Below are positions 51,046-60,234 of a DNA stretch of 64,000 nucleotides, piece after piece (position 1 is the first letter of the stretch; every line of letters begins with the position of its first letter). Where the stretch lies: positions 160,001-224,000 of the forward strand of contig JBJMOW010000004.1 of NCBI GenBank assembly GCA_045803545.1, in the 5' to 3' direction. This DNA comes from Gemmatimonadaceae bacterium (GTDB taxonomy: Bacteria; Gemmatimonadota; Gemmatimonadetes; Gemmatimonadales; Gemmatimonadaceae). Under the pieces are notes generated by a model, which saw only the letters and a program-made list of their open reading frames with translations, was not told where the DNA came from and did no database searches. Both the position numbers and the translations under genes were made by a program.

Positions 51046-51714
51046 ATGACTTCCAACAAGGATTTCAAGCGCCTCGTTCGCGCTCGCATGAAGAAGACCG
51101 GTGAAGCGTACACCACCGCCCGGTCGAACGTCCTCAAGAAACCCAAGAAAAACACGGCGATCGATTACGCCGGGCTTGCCGGCATGAGTGACTCCGTGAT
51201 CGAGGAGAAAACTGGCCGCAATTGGGAGCGCTGGGTTAAAGCGCTCGATCACGATGGCGCCGAGAAAATGCCGCATGGTGAGATCGCTGCGCTGGTGAAA
51301 AAAACTTACAAGGTCGGCGAGTGGTGGTCGCAGACCGTGACCGTTGGCTACGAGCGCATCAAAGGACTTCGTGCCAAAGGTCAGCGGCGCGACGGGAGCT
51401 ATGAGGCGAGTAAGTCTCGAACCTTCGACGTGCCGGTCAAAACTCTGTTCGCGGCGTGGGCAGACGGTGTTACCCGCCGGCGCTGGTTGAGTGGAGCGAC
51501 AGTGCGAATTCGCACTGCCACCGAACCAAAGTCAATGCGCCTCGACTGGAACGAATCCATTGTTGCCGTTGGATTCGCGCCGAAAGGAAGCTCCCGGAGC
51601 TCCGTTGCGGTCCAGCACACCAAGCTGCCCGATCGTGAAACAGCTAAGGAGCTGAAGGAATACTGGGCGGCACGTCTCGACGCACTCGGCAATGTGCTCG
51701 CCAGGCGATCATAG
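51046..51714 (+). CDS. Protein with a basic N-terminal helical module, DUF4287-like domain and SRPBCC-like C-terminus
   Basis: KDFKRLVRARMKKTGEAYTTAR; IEEKTGRNWERW; LFAAWAD..VAVQHTKL..YWAARL. Confidence 0.65.
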   Translation: MTSNKDFKRLVRARMKKTGEAYTTARSNVLKKPKKNTAIDYAGLAGMSDSVIEEKTGRNWERWVKALDHDGAEKMPHGEIAALVKKTYKVGEWWSQTVTVGYERIKGLRAKGQRRDGSYEASKSRTFDVPVKTLFAAWADGVTRRRWLSGATVRIRTATEPKSMRLDWNESIVAVGFAPKGSSRSSVAVQHTKLPDRETAKELKEYWAARLDALGNVLARRS

Positions 51715-51822
51715 CTGAAGGCGGAGCCGTTGGCTGCATGAAGGTGGCCGGCAACAGAAACGATTCTCCCGAGCCTCATTCACTCATGCTAGAATGAGGC
51801 TCGGATCCCTCCGGCTATCAGT

Positions 51823-52938
51823 ATGAGCATAAGCCACAACCTGGCATGGACCGCGACACGCGAGGACTACGAGCGCGAAGCGGCAGCGTTGTACGATGCG
51901 CTGCAAGCTCGCCAGGACTCGGCGCTGTGGAATTTCAAATGGATGCATCCGCATTTTCGCGGCAAGACCGTCACCGACGTCGATCCAACCATTCTCGACC
52001 TCGACGATGCGCGACTCGTCGTCGCCCATGAGTATGGGTTCCCGGCGTGGTTCAATCTCATGAAATTCGCGGACGACGTTGGACAGGACGGGCAGCCAGC
52101 ACAGTTCGAGCGTGCGGTCGACGCTGTCGTGTCAGGTGACATCGCTACGCTCAGAGCGATGATTGGCGATGATCCGCAGCTGGTTCATCGGAGATCGGCA
52201 CGCTTTCACCGCGCAACGCTGCTGCACTATATCGCGGCAAACGGAGTAGAAGGCGTCCGCCAGAAAACTCCTCCCAATGCCATGGAAGTCGCGCGGACGT
52301 TACTGGACGCCGGGGCGGATCCAGACGCGCTTGCGATGATGTACGACAACCTGTGCACCACGATGAGCATGCTGGTCTCCAGTGCGCACCCCGCCGGTGC
52401 CGGACTACAGGCAGATCTCGCCGAGCTGCTGTTGGATTACGGCGCAAAGCACAACGGGCCGGGATCAGAGTGGCAATCCGACATCATGACCGCGCTGGTG
52501 TTCGGATACTGGAAAACGGCGGACCGCTTGGCGAAGCGTGGTGCCCCGGCCGACAATCTTCCCACGGCTGCGGGACTCGGCCGCGTCGACGAAGCGACCC
52601 AGCTACTTCCGGCAGCGGATGCACGAAGCCGACATATCGCACTCGCGCTCGCCGCGCAGCACGGCCATGCCAACGTCGTACGAGTTCTGCTCGACGCGGG
52701 TGAGGACCCCAATCGATTCTGCCCGGAGGGGTTTCACTCCCACGCGACTCCGTTGCACAACGCGATTTCCGCCGGCCGGGATGACGTCGTCAAGCTGCTG
52801 CTGGATCGCGGGGCGCGCACGGACATCAGGGATACGATTTTCGACGGGACGCCGCTCGATTGGGCGGTCTACTGCAAGAAGCCGGAAATCGTCGAAGAAC
52901 TACGCAACCGCGGAGCTCCTACCAGCAACGCAGGGTAA
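51823..52938 (+). CDS. Ankyrin repeat protein with a related N-terminal domain
   Basis: ARLVVAHEYGFPAWFNL; TLLHY, ALALAAQHGH, TPLHNAI, TPLDWA. Confidence 0.83.
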   Translation: MSISHNLAWTATREDYEREAAALYDALQARQDSALWNFKWMHPHFRGKTVTDVDPTILDLDDARLVVAHEYGFPAWFNLMKFADDVGQDGQPAQFERAVDAVVSGDIATLRAMIGDDPQLVHRRSARFHRATLLHYIAANGVEGVRQKTPPNAMEVARTLLDAGADPDALAMMYDNLCTTMSMLVSSAHPAGAGLQADLAELLLDYGAKHNGPGSEWQSDIMTALVFGYWKTADRLAKRGAPADNLPTAAGLGRVDEATQLLPAADARSRHIALALAAQHGHANVVRVLLDAGEDPNRFCPEGFHSHATPLHNAISAGRDDVVKLLLDRGARTDIRDTIFDGTPLDWAVYCKKPEIVEELRNRGAPTSNAG

Positions 52939-52987
52939 AGAGCCGTCGGGTAGACAGAGATTGGTCTGCATGGTACTGTGTAGTCCA

Positions 52988-53707
52988 ATGCGTTTTCTGC
53001 TACTTCTGGTCGCGTTTTTTTTCACCGCGACCGGCTGTTACGTACAGACAACCGCTCCTCAGCGCGACGCTGTCGCGGTCCAGTCTGAGAGTCGGTTCGA
53101 ATCCGAAATTCGCGCGTTTGAGGATGCCGATCGGGCCGAGCACCCCAAATCGGGTGGGGTCGTGTTCGTAGGCAGCTCGTCGATTCGCTTGTGGCCCGAC
53201 CTGCACGCCGATTTCCCGGGCATCAACGTGATCCAGCGTGGATTCGGCGGCTCGCGACTCGACGAGGTTGTGCACTACACACCACGGATTGTGCTTGCGT
53301 ATAAGCCGACCCTCATCGTCCTCTACGCAGGTGACAATGATTTGGCCGAGGGCAGAACACCGGAGCAAGTCTTCAACGACTACAAAGCGTTCGTAGCCAC
53401 AGTGCGGAAGGCGCTACCGGAAACGAGAATCGCGTACATCTCGATAAAGCCTAGTGGTGATCGTTGGGCACTGGTCGATGAAATGAGGGTGACGAATTCA
53501 ATGATTCAAGCGTACGCGGCTAGAGATTCCAAGCTCACCTACGTCGATGTGTTCACGTCGATGTTGGGAACGGACGGCAAGCCGCGCGAAGAGCTGTTCA
53601 GAGAAGATCGTCTGCATATGAACGACCGCGGCTATGCTATCTGGCGTGAGCTGCTGACTCCGATCGTGACTGTCGTAGCCGCGCAGCTACCGCAGCCGTC
53701 GCACTAA
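52988..53707 (+). CDS. SGNH/GDSL hydrolase (probable lipoprotein)
   Basis: FVGSSS, RGFGG, YAGDND, DRLH; start ATG 52988. Confidence 0.85.
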   Translation: MRFLLLLVAFFFTATGCYVQTTAPQRDAVAVQSESRFESEIRAFEDADRAEHPKSGGVVFVGSSSIRLWPDLHADFPGINVIQRGFGGSRLDEVVHYTPRIVLAYKPTLIVLYAGDNDLAEGRTPEQVFNDYKAFVATVRKALPETRIAYISIKPSGDRWALVDEMRVTNSMIQAYAARDSKLTYVDVFTSMLGTDGKPREELFREDRLHMNDRGYAIWRELLTPIVTVVAAQLPQPSH

Positions 53708-54219
53708 TGGCCGCGCGCAAACCGAAGAAAGCGGCGGTGTTGAAGGAAGGCGACAAGCTTCCTCGCTTCTCCCTTCCCGCTGACGACGGCAGCGTAGTCA
53801 GCAGCGAATCTCTCAAGGGCCGAAGCACAGTCATCTACTTCTATCCCAAGGACGACACTACCGGATGCACGAAGGAAGCGTGCGATTTTCGGGATGCGTT
53901 TCCCCGTTTCAGCCAGACCGACGCGCGCATTATTGGAGTGAGCCCGGATAGCGTCGCATCGCACGTCAAATTCAAGGCGAAGTACGCTCTCCCCTTTCAG
54001 CTGCTCGCCGACGAAAAGCACTCTCTGGCGGACTCCTTCGGCGTATGGCAGGAGAAATCGATGTACGGCCGCAAATTCATGGGCGTCGAGCGCACCACTG
54101 TTATCGTCGATGCGGAGGGACGAATCGCCCGGATTTTCCCGAAGGTGAGCGTCGCCGGCCACGTCGCTGAAGTCGAAGACACGCTTCGCGAACTGGCCCG
54201 ATCCAACGCGACGGGATAG
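53707..54219 (+). CDS. bcp: Peroxiredoxin, BCP type
   Basis: YFYPKDDTTGCTKEACDF, GVSPD, ERTT. Confidence 0.9.
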   Translation: MAARKPKKAAVLKEGDKLPRFSLPADDGSVVSSESLKGRSTVIYFYPKDDTTGCTKEACDFRDAFPRFSQTDARIIGVSPDSVASHVKFKAKYALPFQLLADEKHSLADSFGVWQEKSMYGRKFMGVERTTVIVDAEGRIARIFPKVSVAGHVAEVEDTLRELARSNATG

Positions 54220-54222
54220 TCG

Positions 54223-54732
54223 CTACTTGCTCGGCGAGAGTCCCGGCATCGGCTCGTCGGCGGTCGGACCGTAGATCGACGGCACCGGTACATCGATCAG
54301 ACGCAAATAGACGGTCAGCTGCCCGCGGTGGTGAACGAGGTGATTGATCGTCTGGCGTACGATCACGCCGCGCGGTGCACTGAAGAAGACCTGGTCGCCG
54401 CGTTTTAGCGACCACTTCACCGCGTAATCGGAGTCATTTGACTGCGCGATCGCCTGCCGTGCCTCCTTAACGTTCTTGTCGAAGCCCTTGAGAAGATCTT
54501 CCGTCTTCTCGTAGCTGTATCCGGGATAACCGCCCAGGTCGAGTGAGGTTTGTGTGACGGCGTTGGTGATCCAGCCCGGCATTCCCGCGACGAGCTGCGT
54601 GAGGTGGCCGAGCGAAAACGACTTGTCGTGTGGTTTCCACTTTGCTTTATCGGTCGGAACGCGCTCGATCACCCTTCGCGTCGTTGCCATCTCCTGATCG
54701 AACTCTGGAAGCAGTGTGTCAGCGATGCTCAT
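54223..54732 (-). CDS. DinB family protein
   Basis: WKPH, SLGHL, NHLVHHRGQLTVYLR. Confidence 0.85.
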   Translation of the reverse strand: MSIADTLLPEFDQEMATTRRVIERVPTDKAKWKPHDKSFSLGHLTQLVAGMPGWITNAVTQTSLDLGGYPGYSYEKTEDLLKGFDKNVKEARQAIAQSNDSDYAVKWSLKRGDQVFFSAPRGVIVRQTINHLVHHRGQLTVYLRLIDVPVPSIYGPTADEPMPGLSPSK

Positions 54733-54869
54733 ACGATTCCCTCGATAGTCACCGGTTCGCGGCAACTAGTATCGCGCTCTGATCGTCGCGCGGCCAGCCT
54801 CACCCATTCATCCGATACCGGCTGGCCTTTCCCGGAGTGATTCATTCGGCGTCACTCATTGGGCCAAAC

Positions 54870-55799
54870 ATGTCAGCATCAGCGTCGGGCGCGGTCAGCG
54901 CTCTCTCGGAACTGTCTTCCCAGCTCGCCTCGGCCGTGCAAACTGCCGGTAATTCGATTGTGGCCATTCACGCGCGACGCCGTATTCCGTCGAGCGGCAT
55001 CATGTGGCGCGACGGAGTCGTGGTCAGCGCCAGCCACACGGTGCGCAGCGAGGGTGACATCTCAATCACGCTACCCAATGGTGATTCAGCGAAAGCAACG
55101 ATTGCCGGACGAGACTCCGCAACGGATCTGATCGTGCTCCGCATCAAGGGCAACGCGACTGTGAAAGCAGCGCCGCGAGGAGATTACAGCTCGCTGAGAG
55201 TCGGTACGCTGGTGCTCGCCGTCGGGCGACCGGGCAAAAATGTGTCGGCGAGTTTCGGGATCGTGAGCGCTGTCGGCGAAGGATGGCGCACCTGGCAGGG
55301 CGCGCGCATCGATCGCGTGCTTCGTCTGGATCTCGCGGTTTATGATGGCTTCTCCGGCGGGCCGCTTGTCGACGCGGGTGGAGGGGTGGTCGCAATCAAC
55401 AATTCGGCTCTCGCACGTGGAACTCCACTGGCTTTGCCGGCGCAGGCAGTTGACCGGGTAGTCGAGGAATTGCTCGAGCGAGGGCACGTACGCAGGCCGT
55501 TCATTGGAGTGGCGGTACAGCCAGTCGCGCTTTCGGCTGCGCTCTCCAAACAGCACCAGATCTCCGGCGACAGTGGCTTGATGATTGTTTCGATTGCCGA
55601 CAACTCACCGGCGGAGAAAGGCGGCATCCTGCTCGGAGATTTGTTGCTGGAAGCGGGTGGCCATCGGCTGTCGCGTCCTGATGACCTGTTGGATGCCTTG
55701 GCGGCGAAACAGGATGCGCCGGTAAGTCTCAAGGTTCTGCGCGGTGGTGTTCTCAAGACGATCTCAATTACCCCTGCCGATCGAGGTGAGCGGGAATGA
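54870..55799 (+). CDS. S1C (HtrA-like) serine protease with a PDZ domain, no signal peptide
   Basis: SASH, TDL, GFSGGPL catalytic triad; SPAEKGGILLGD PDZ. Confidence 0.85.
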   Translation: MSASASGAVSALSELSSQLASAVQTAGNSIVAIHARRRIPSSGIMWRDGVVVSASHTVRSEGDISITLPNGDSAKATIAGRDSATDLIVLRIKGNATVKAAPRGDYSSLRVGTLVLAVGRPGKNVSASFGIVSAVGEGWRTWQGARIDRVLRLDLAVYDGFSGGPLVDAGGGVVAINNSALARGTPLALPAQAVDRVVEELLERGHVRRPFIGVAVQPVALSAALSKQHQISGDSGLMIVSIADNSPAEKGGILLGDLLLEAGGHRLSRPDDLLDALAAKQDAPVSLKVLRGGVLKTISITPADRGERE

Positions 55800-56392
55800 A
55801 CTCGGCAATTTTTGGCTCGGCGCGAGCAGCATCATCGAACCTCAACGGCCTCGCCGAGCTGTTGCGCGAAGCAGTCGTCGAAGTGCGGAGCGGTGAGCTG
55901 GGGAGCGGCACTGGAATCATCTGGGGCGGCGCGGGTCTCATCGTTACCAATGCGCATTGTGTCAGACGTGGATCCTCACTCGAAGTCGATGCCAACGGCA
56001 AGTGGCGCGAAGCGAGCGCACTCGCGTACCATCCTCAGCATGATCTGGCGCTCATCGCCGCTCCATCGGTCGCCGGCCCGATGCTGGAGCTGCGCGATCC
56101 AGAGTCGCTCCGCGCGGGCGAGCTCGTTTTCGCCCATGGACACCCACTTGGCGTTCGCGATGCGCTGGCAATGGGTGTCATTCATACAGTCGCCCGCGAC
56201 CGGTCGAAATCGCCACGCTGGATTGTCGCCGATGTCCGTCTTGCTCCCGGCAACTCGGGTGGCCCGCTCGTTGACGCCGAAGGCCGCCTGGTTGGGATCA
56301 ACAGCATGGTCGTCAATGGACTTGGCGTCGCGATTCCCTCGACGCTGGTTCAGCAATTCGTCGAGCGCGCGCTCGCCCAGCGAGCAGCCTGA
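55796..56392 (+). CDS. Trypsin-like S1C protease without PDZ
   Basis: TNAH, HDLAL, GNSGGPL. Confidence 0.85.
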   Translation: MNSAIFGSARAASSNLNGLAELLREAVVEVRSGELGSGTGIIWGGAGLIVTNAHCVRRGSSLEVDANGKWREASALAYHPQHDLALIAAPSVAGPMLELRDPESLRAGELVFAHGHPLGVRDALAMGVIHTVARDRSKSPRWIVADVRLAPGNSGGPLVDAEGRLVGINSMVVNGLGVAIPSTLVQQFVERALAQRAA

Positions 56393-56407
56393 CCGCAACG
56401 CGCGCCG

Positions 56408-56812
56408 ATGACGCGCGTTGCCATCGTCGCGCCGACTCAGAAACTGGGCGCATCGATCGCGGCGGCGCTGCGCTCGAGCGAGGAATTCGAGATCGTCGGC
56501 GTCGGCAATTCCAGCGCGGAGGTGCCGCCCGGCACCGAACTGGTGCTAATCGCGCGCGTGGCGCCGTCCGGAACGCCGCGCGTGAGCAATCGCATCGCGA
56601 ACGACACTGGCTCGACGACCCTCAGCCGCCGCGAGCAGGAAATTCTCGCGCTCCTTGCCGATGGCCTCGTCAACAAGCAGATCGCGGCGCGCCTGGGGAT
56701 CTCGACCAACACTGTAAAAACCCATCTCGAGCTGTTGTTCGAGAAGCTCGGGGTGGCGACGCGCGCTGAAGCTGTCGCCACGGGAGTCAGGCGCGGCTTA
56801 CTTCTGCTCTGA
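56408..56812 (+). CDS. LuxR/NarL-type HTH regulator with a vestigial receiver domain
   Basis: LSRREQEILALLADGLVNKQIAARLGISTNTVKTH; only ~70 aa precede the HTH. Confidence 0.82.
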   Translation: MTRVAIVAPTQKLGASIAAALRSSEEFEIVGVGNSSAEVPPGTELVLIARVAPSGTPRVSNRIANDTGSTTLSRREQEILALLADGLVNKQIAARLGISTNTVKTHLELLFEKLGVATRAEAVATGVRRGLLLL

Positions 56813-56903
56813 GCAGACGGGCCTGACAATCCCATTACACGCTTGATTGGACGGGTTTTCCGCCCCAATGTATGGCCAACGTTGATGCGACGAGGACGCT
56901 GGG

Positions 56904-57329
56904 ATGCCCGAAGGCCCAATCGAACAACAGCTGCTCGATCTGGAGAAGCAATACTGGACGGCGATCAAGGAACGGAATGTACAATCAGCGATGAGGCTGA
57001 CCGACGATCCCTGTATCATCGTTGGCGCGTCCGGTGTTGCTCGCATCAGCCAGGACACTTTCGGCAAGATGCTGCAGGCTGGCGGCTGGACGCTCCACGA
57101 ATTCACTTTGTCCGACGTTCAGATACGGCTCGTGTCAGACGATGCGGCCGTTATCGCGTACAAAGTGAAAGAGCTGCTCACTGTAGACGGCAAGCCGATC
57201 ACGGTCGAAGCTTCGGACTCGTCGACCTGGGTTCGTCGCGAGGGTCAGTGGGTGTGCTCGATGCACACCGAGGCGCTGGTCGGCGATCCATTCGGGCGCG
57301 ACAAGCAGCCGATGCCAAGGAAGCCATAA
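56904..57329 (+). CDS. NTF2-like (DUF4440) protein
   Basis: LLDLEKQYW.., SSTWVRREGQWVCSMHTE. Confidence 0.75.
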   Translation: MPEGPIEQQLLDLEKQYWTAIKERNVQSAMRLTDDPCIIVGASGVARISQDTFGKMLQAGGWTLHEFTLSDVQIRLVSDDAAVIAYKVKELLTVDGKPITVEASDSSTWVRREGQWVCSMHTEALVGDPFGRDKQPMPRKP

Positions 57330-57345
57330 CCGGGAGCGAAACCTG

Positions 57346-57855
57346 GTGACGATCATCCGACATTTCGTCGCGATCCTCTTGCTGCCGTTCGTGGTAACGG
57401 TACTCATACCGCGCTGGCTGATCGACGCGTTTGCGTCGTCTGATACTCGATGGATCGACGGCACATTCACCGCAACGTTTGGTCATCTCGCGGGGATGTT
57501 GATACTGCTGTTTGGAATCTCGCTCTTCATCTGGTGCGTCACGCTCTTCGCGAGCATTGGGCGCGGTACTTTGGCGCCCTGGGATCCAACCAGACACCTC
57601 GTGGTGGTCGGGCCGTATCGCTTCGTACGCAATCCGATGATCAGCGCGGTCCTCATCATTCTGATCGGTGAATCACTCTTCCTTGGCTCGCGCGTGATCG
57701 CGCTGTGGGCAGTCGTGTTCTTCTTCGTAAACGTGATTTACTTCAGGCTACTGGAGGAACCTGGACTCGACAGACGGTTTGGCGACGAATATCGCCGCTA
57801 TAAGGCCGCTGTTCCGCGGTGGATTCCGCGCCCAACGCCCTGGAAGAACGCCTGA
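57346..57855 (+). CDS. ICMT/PEMT family membrane methyltransferase
   Basis: GRGTLAPWDP, GPYRFVRNPM, EEPGL..FGDEY..Y...PRW. Confidence 0.82.
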   Translation: MTIIRHFVAILLLPFVVTVLIPRWLIDAFASSDTRWIDGTFTATFGHLAGMLILLFGISLFIWCVTLFASIGRGTLAPWDPTRHLVVVGPYRFVRNPMISAVLIILIGESLFLGSRVIALWAVVFFFVNVIYFRLLEEPGLDRRFGDEYRRYKAAVPRWIPRPTPWKNA

Positions 57856-57923
57856 TTCTCCACCAACGCTAGCGGTGCGCGCACGGAACTTGATTGCAAT
57901 CCGGACAAATCAGCCCTGAAACC

Positions 57924-58358
57924 ATGACCGCATCGACCAGAACAGAGATTCGAACAGACCGGTTGCCGCCCGACATTCTCAGAACGATCATCGCCGCGCT
58001 GATTGCGTTGCTGACGATCGCCGGCTGGCTGAACGTGTTCGTGAAGCCGCCGTTGCGCGCCGCGCTGGTTTTCCAGACGAGAGCCTGGTGGTGGATCGAG
58101 CAGATCATCAGCGTTCTGCTGGCGATTCTTTGCATCGGGATCATCATGCGCAAGCGGTCGGTCCTGAACGCCGCGTTCTGGTTGACGATCTACTCGCTGG
58201 CCTTCGACATCGTGCGCTGGTTTTTCGCGTTCAAGGAGGGGCAACTGAATGTCCCGGTTGCGCTGATCCTTTACCTCCTCTTCGCCTGGCGACTTTGGGT
58301 TGCCCGCCGACAAGTTGTGCTCATCGACGACGCAGGAACGGTTCAGGCGACAGGTTAG
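57924..58358 (+). CDS. Hypothetical 4-TM membrane protein
   Basis: Four hydrophobic helices, co-oriented with its neighbours. Confidence 0.6.
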   Translation: MTASTRTEIRTDRLPPDILRTIIAALIALLTIAGWLNVFVKPPLRAALVFQTRAWWWIEQIISVLLAILCIGIIMRKRSVLNAAFWLTIYSLAFDIVRWFFAFKEGQLNVPVALILYLLFAWRLWVARRQVVLIDDAGTVQATG

Positions 58359-58482
58359 CGGGTCTGGGGCTCCGCGGTGGCGTAGCGCGTGCACCGGAGG
58401 TAAATAATTACTGTGGCCCTCAAGTGGGTGCCCTACGTTCTGCGCCGCATCGTTTAAACAGTTTCGGGTGTCCAATCCGGGT

Positions 58483-60234
58483 ATGAGGCGGCTCCTCACC
58501 CGACTGATTGCAGTGTGCGCATCCCTTATGGTGATGCTCTCTCCCGCAGGCAGTCGCGCTCAGCAACAGTTGGTGAAAGCATCATCATCTGACGACGAGC
58601 AGCCGAGGGTCGACTCAGCGGACATTGTCGATCACGCCAAAGGTCTGCAAGTGAGCTTCGAGATCCGCAGGCGGCGCATGTTGCCGCGCTTCTACATTGG
58701 AGGCGTCGATCAGAATCACTGCCTGATTGTGGGGCGGTTCTGCGAATGGCATCCCAACCTCAAGGATTACACGATTCCCGAAGAGGGACGGGATATCGTA
58801 AAGGCTCGCAAAGAGCTGCTTCGCGATCTCGAGCGTGCATCAACGCTGATTCCCGGCGACGACTGGATCATGGGACAACGGATCCGCTACCTGCTCGAGA
58901 CCCGTGACACGAGCACCATCGCCCTCGCTCGCTCGTGTCGCGCGTCCAAATGGTGGTGTGATGCGCTACTCGGCTTCGCTCTTCACGTATCCGGCAATTA
59001 TGTGGAGGCAGACAGCGCCTACTCACACGCGCTCGACGAGATGCCGTCATCGCTGCGCTGTCACTGGATGAATCTGAGCCCGCTACTCGACGACGACATT
59101 CGTGGTACTTATCACAAGATGTCGTGCGCGCAGCGTGAGGCGACCGACGCGCGCATCTGGTGGGTATCCGATCCGCTGTACATGATGCCCGGCAACGAGC
59201 GCCGCACTGAGCACTACTCGCGGATTCTCTACACCATGTTGCAGCAGACGTCGGCCAATACCTACGGCTCGACGTGGGGTGGCGATCTCGCCGAGCTGAT
59301 TCTGCGATTCGGCTGGGCTGAGAAGTGGACGCAGGAGCCGAGTCAGAGTTTGTATGCTGACTCGAAACCAGCCATCACAGGGCACGAACGCGAGCCCGGC
59401 TATCATTTTTTCCTGACTCAGCGGCCGCCGGATAGCCTGGCACAGATCGTCGATTCGGTGTTCGACATTTTTCAGTTTCCGCCGCGCGAGCAGTACTCGC
59501 CCGCTTATACGAATGGGTTCGTGAGGCTCGATGCGCAGGTAGCGCGTTTCCGCCGCGGTGATTCCACGAAGATAGTCGCCGCGTTCGACGTCACAGCTGA
59601 CACGATCTTTGGCCAGCACAAATTCGCGGCCGCGGTAGTGGCGATGGGTGATGAAGCGACGACACCGTCGATGACGCGGTTGAACGAGTCTCCGATGAAG
59701 AACGTGTTGACAGTCATGACGCCGTGGCGCGAACAACTAATCGGCGTCGAGCTGCTGGCGAAGGACAGCACTGCGGCAGCGCGCTGGCGCTCGGGTTTCG
59801 CGGAGATACCTCTCGACTCAGGCAAGATCAGTGTGTCGGATCTTTTGTTGGTGGATGGAGCGCCGTCACTGCCGACGAACCTGGACGAAGCGATCGGACG
59901 CGCCCACGGTGGAACGAAATTCAGGCGCAACGTTCAGGTGGGACTGTTCTGGGAGCTATACGGCAGCACTCCTGCCGATAGCGCTCTACCGGTGACGCTG
60001 ACAATCACTCCGGTAGATGAAAGCCTGCTGCGGCGTGCTTTCCGCGTCCTGCGTATCGCGCCCAGGTCCCAGCCGCTCAACATTCGCTGGCAGGAGAATG
60101 GCGCCGCCGGCGTCATGTCTCCACGCTCAGTAGTCCTCGACCTCTCCGCGGTCCCAGCCGGCAAGTACGCCATCAAGCTGGAGGTCGGGACGGCCCACGG
60201 CAGCTCTACGACGCGCGTTATCGAGGTGAAGTAG
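58483..60234 (+). CDS. Large hypothetical secreted protein
   Basis: Signal peptide, Cys/Trp-rich helical N-half, beta-rich C-terminus; no family recognised with certainty. Confidence 0.65.
   Translation: MRRLLTRLIAVCASLMVMLSPAGSRAQQQLVKASSSDDEQPRVDSADIVDHAKGLQVSFEIRRRRMLPRFYIGGVDQNHCLIVGRFCEWHPNLKDYTIPEEGRDIVKARKELLRDLERASTLIPGDDWIMGQRIRYLLETRDTSTIALARSCRASKWWCDALLGFALHVSGNYVEADSAYSHALDEMPSSLRCHWMNLSPLLDDDIRGTYHKMSCAQREATDARIWWVSDPLYMMPGNERRTEHYSRILYTMLQQTSANTYGSTWGGDLAELILRFGWAEKWTQEPSQSLYADSKPAITGHEREPGYHFFLTQRPPDSLAQIVDSVFDIFQFPPREQYSPAYTNGFVRLDAQVARFRRGDSTKIVAAFDVTADTIFGQHKFAAAVVAMGDEATTPSMTRLNESPMKNVLTVMTPWREQLIGVELLAKDSTAAARWRSGFAEIPLDSGKISVSDLLLVDGAPSLPTNLDEAIGRAHGGTKFRRNVQVGLFWELYGSTPADSALPVTLTITPVDESLLRRAFRVLRIAPRSQPLNIRWQENGAAGVMSPRSVVLDLSAVPAGKYAIKLEVGTAHGSSTTRVIEVK

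Noticed and set aside
52538..52987. N-terminal extension of the SGNH hydrolase in the ORF track
   Set aside because: It overlaps the ankyrin CDS in another frame; a signal peptide begins at ATG 52988.
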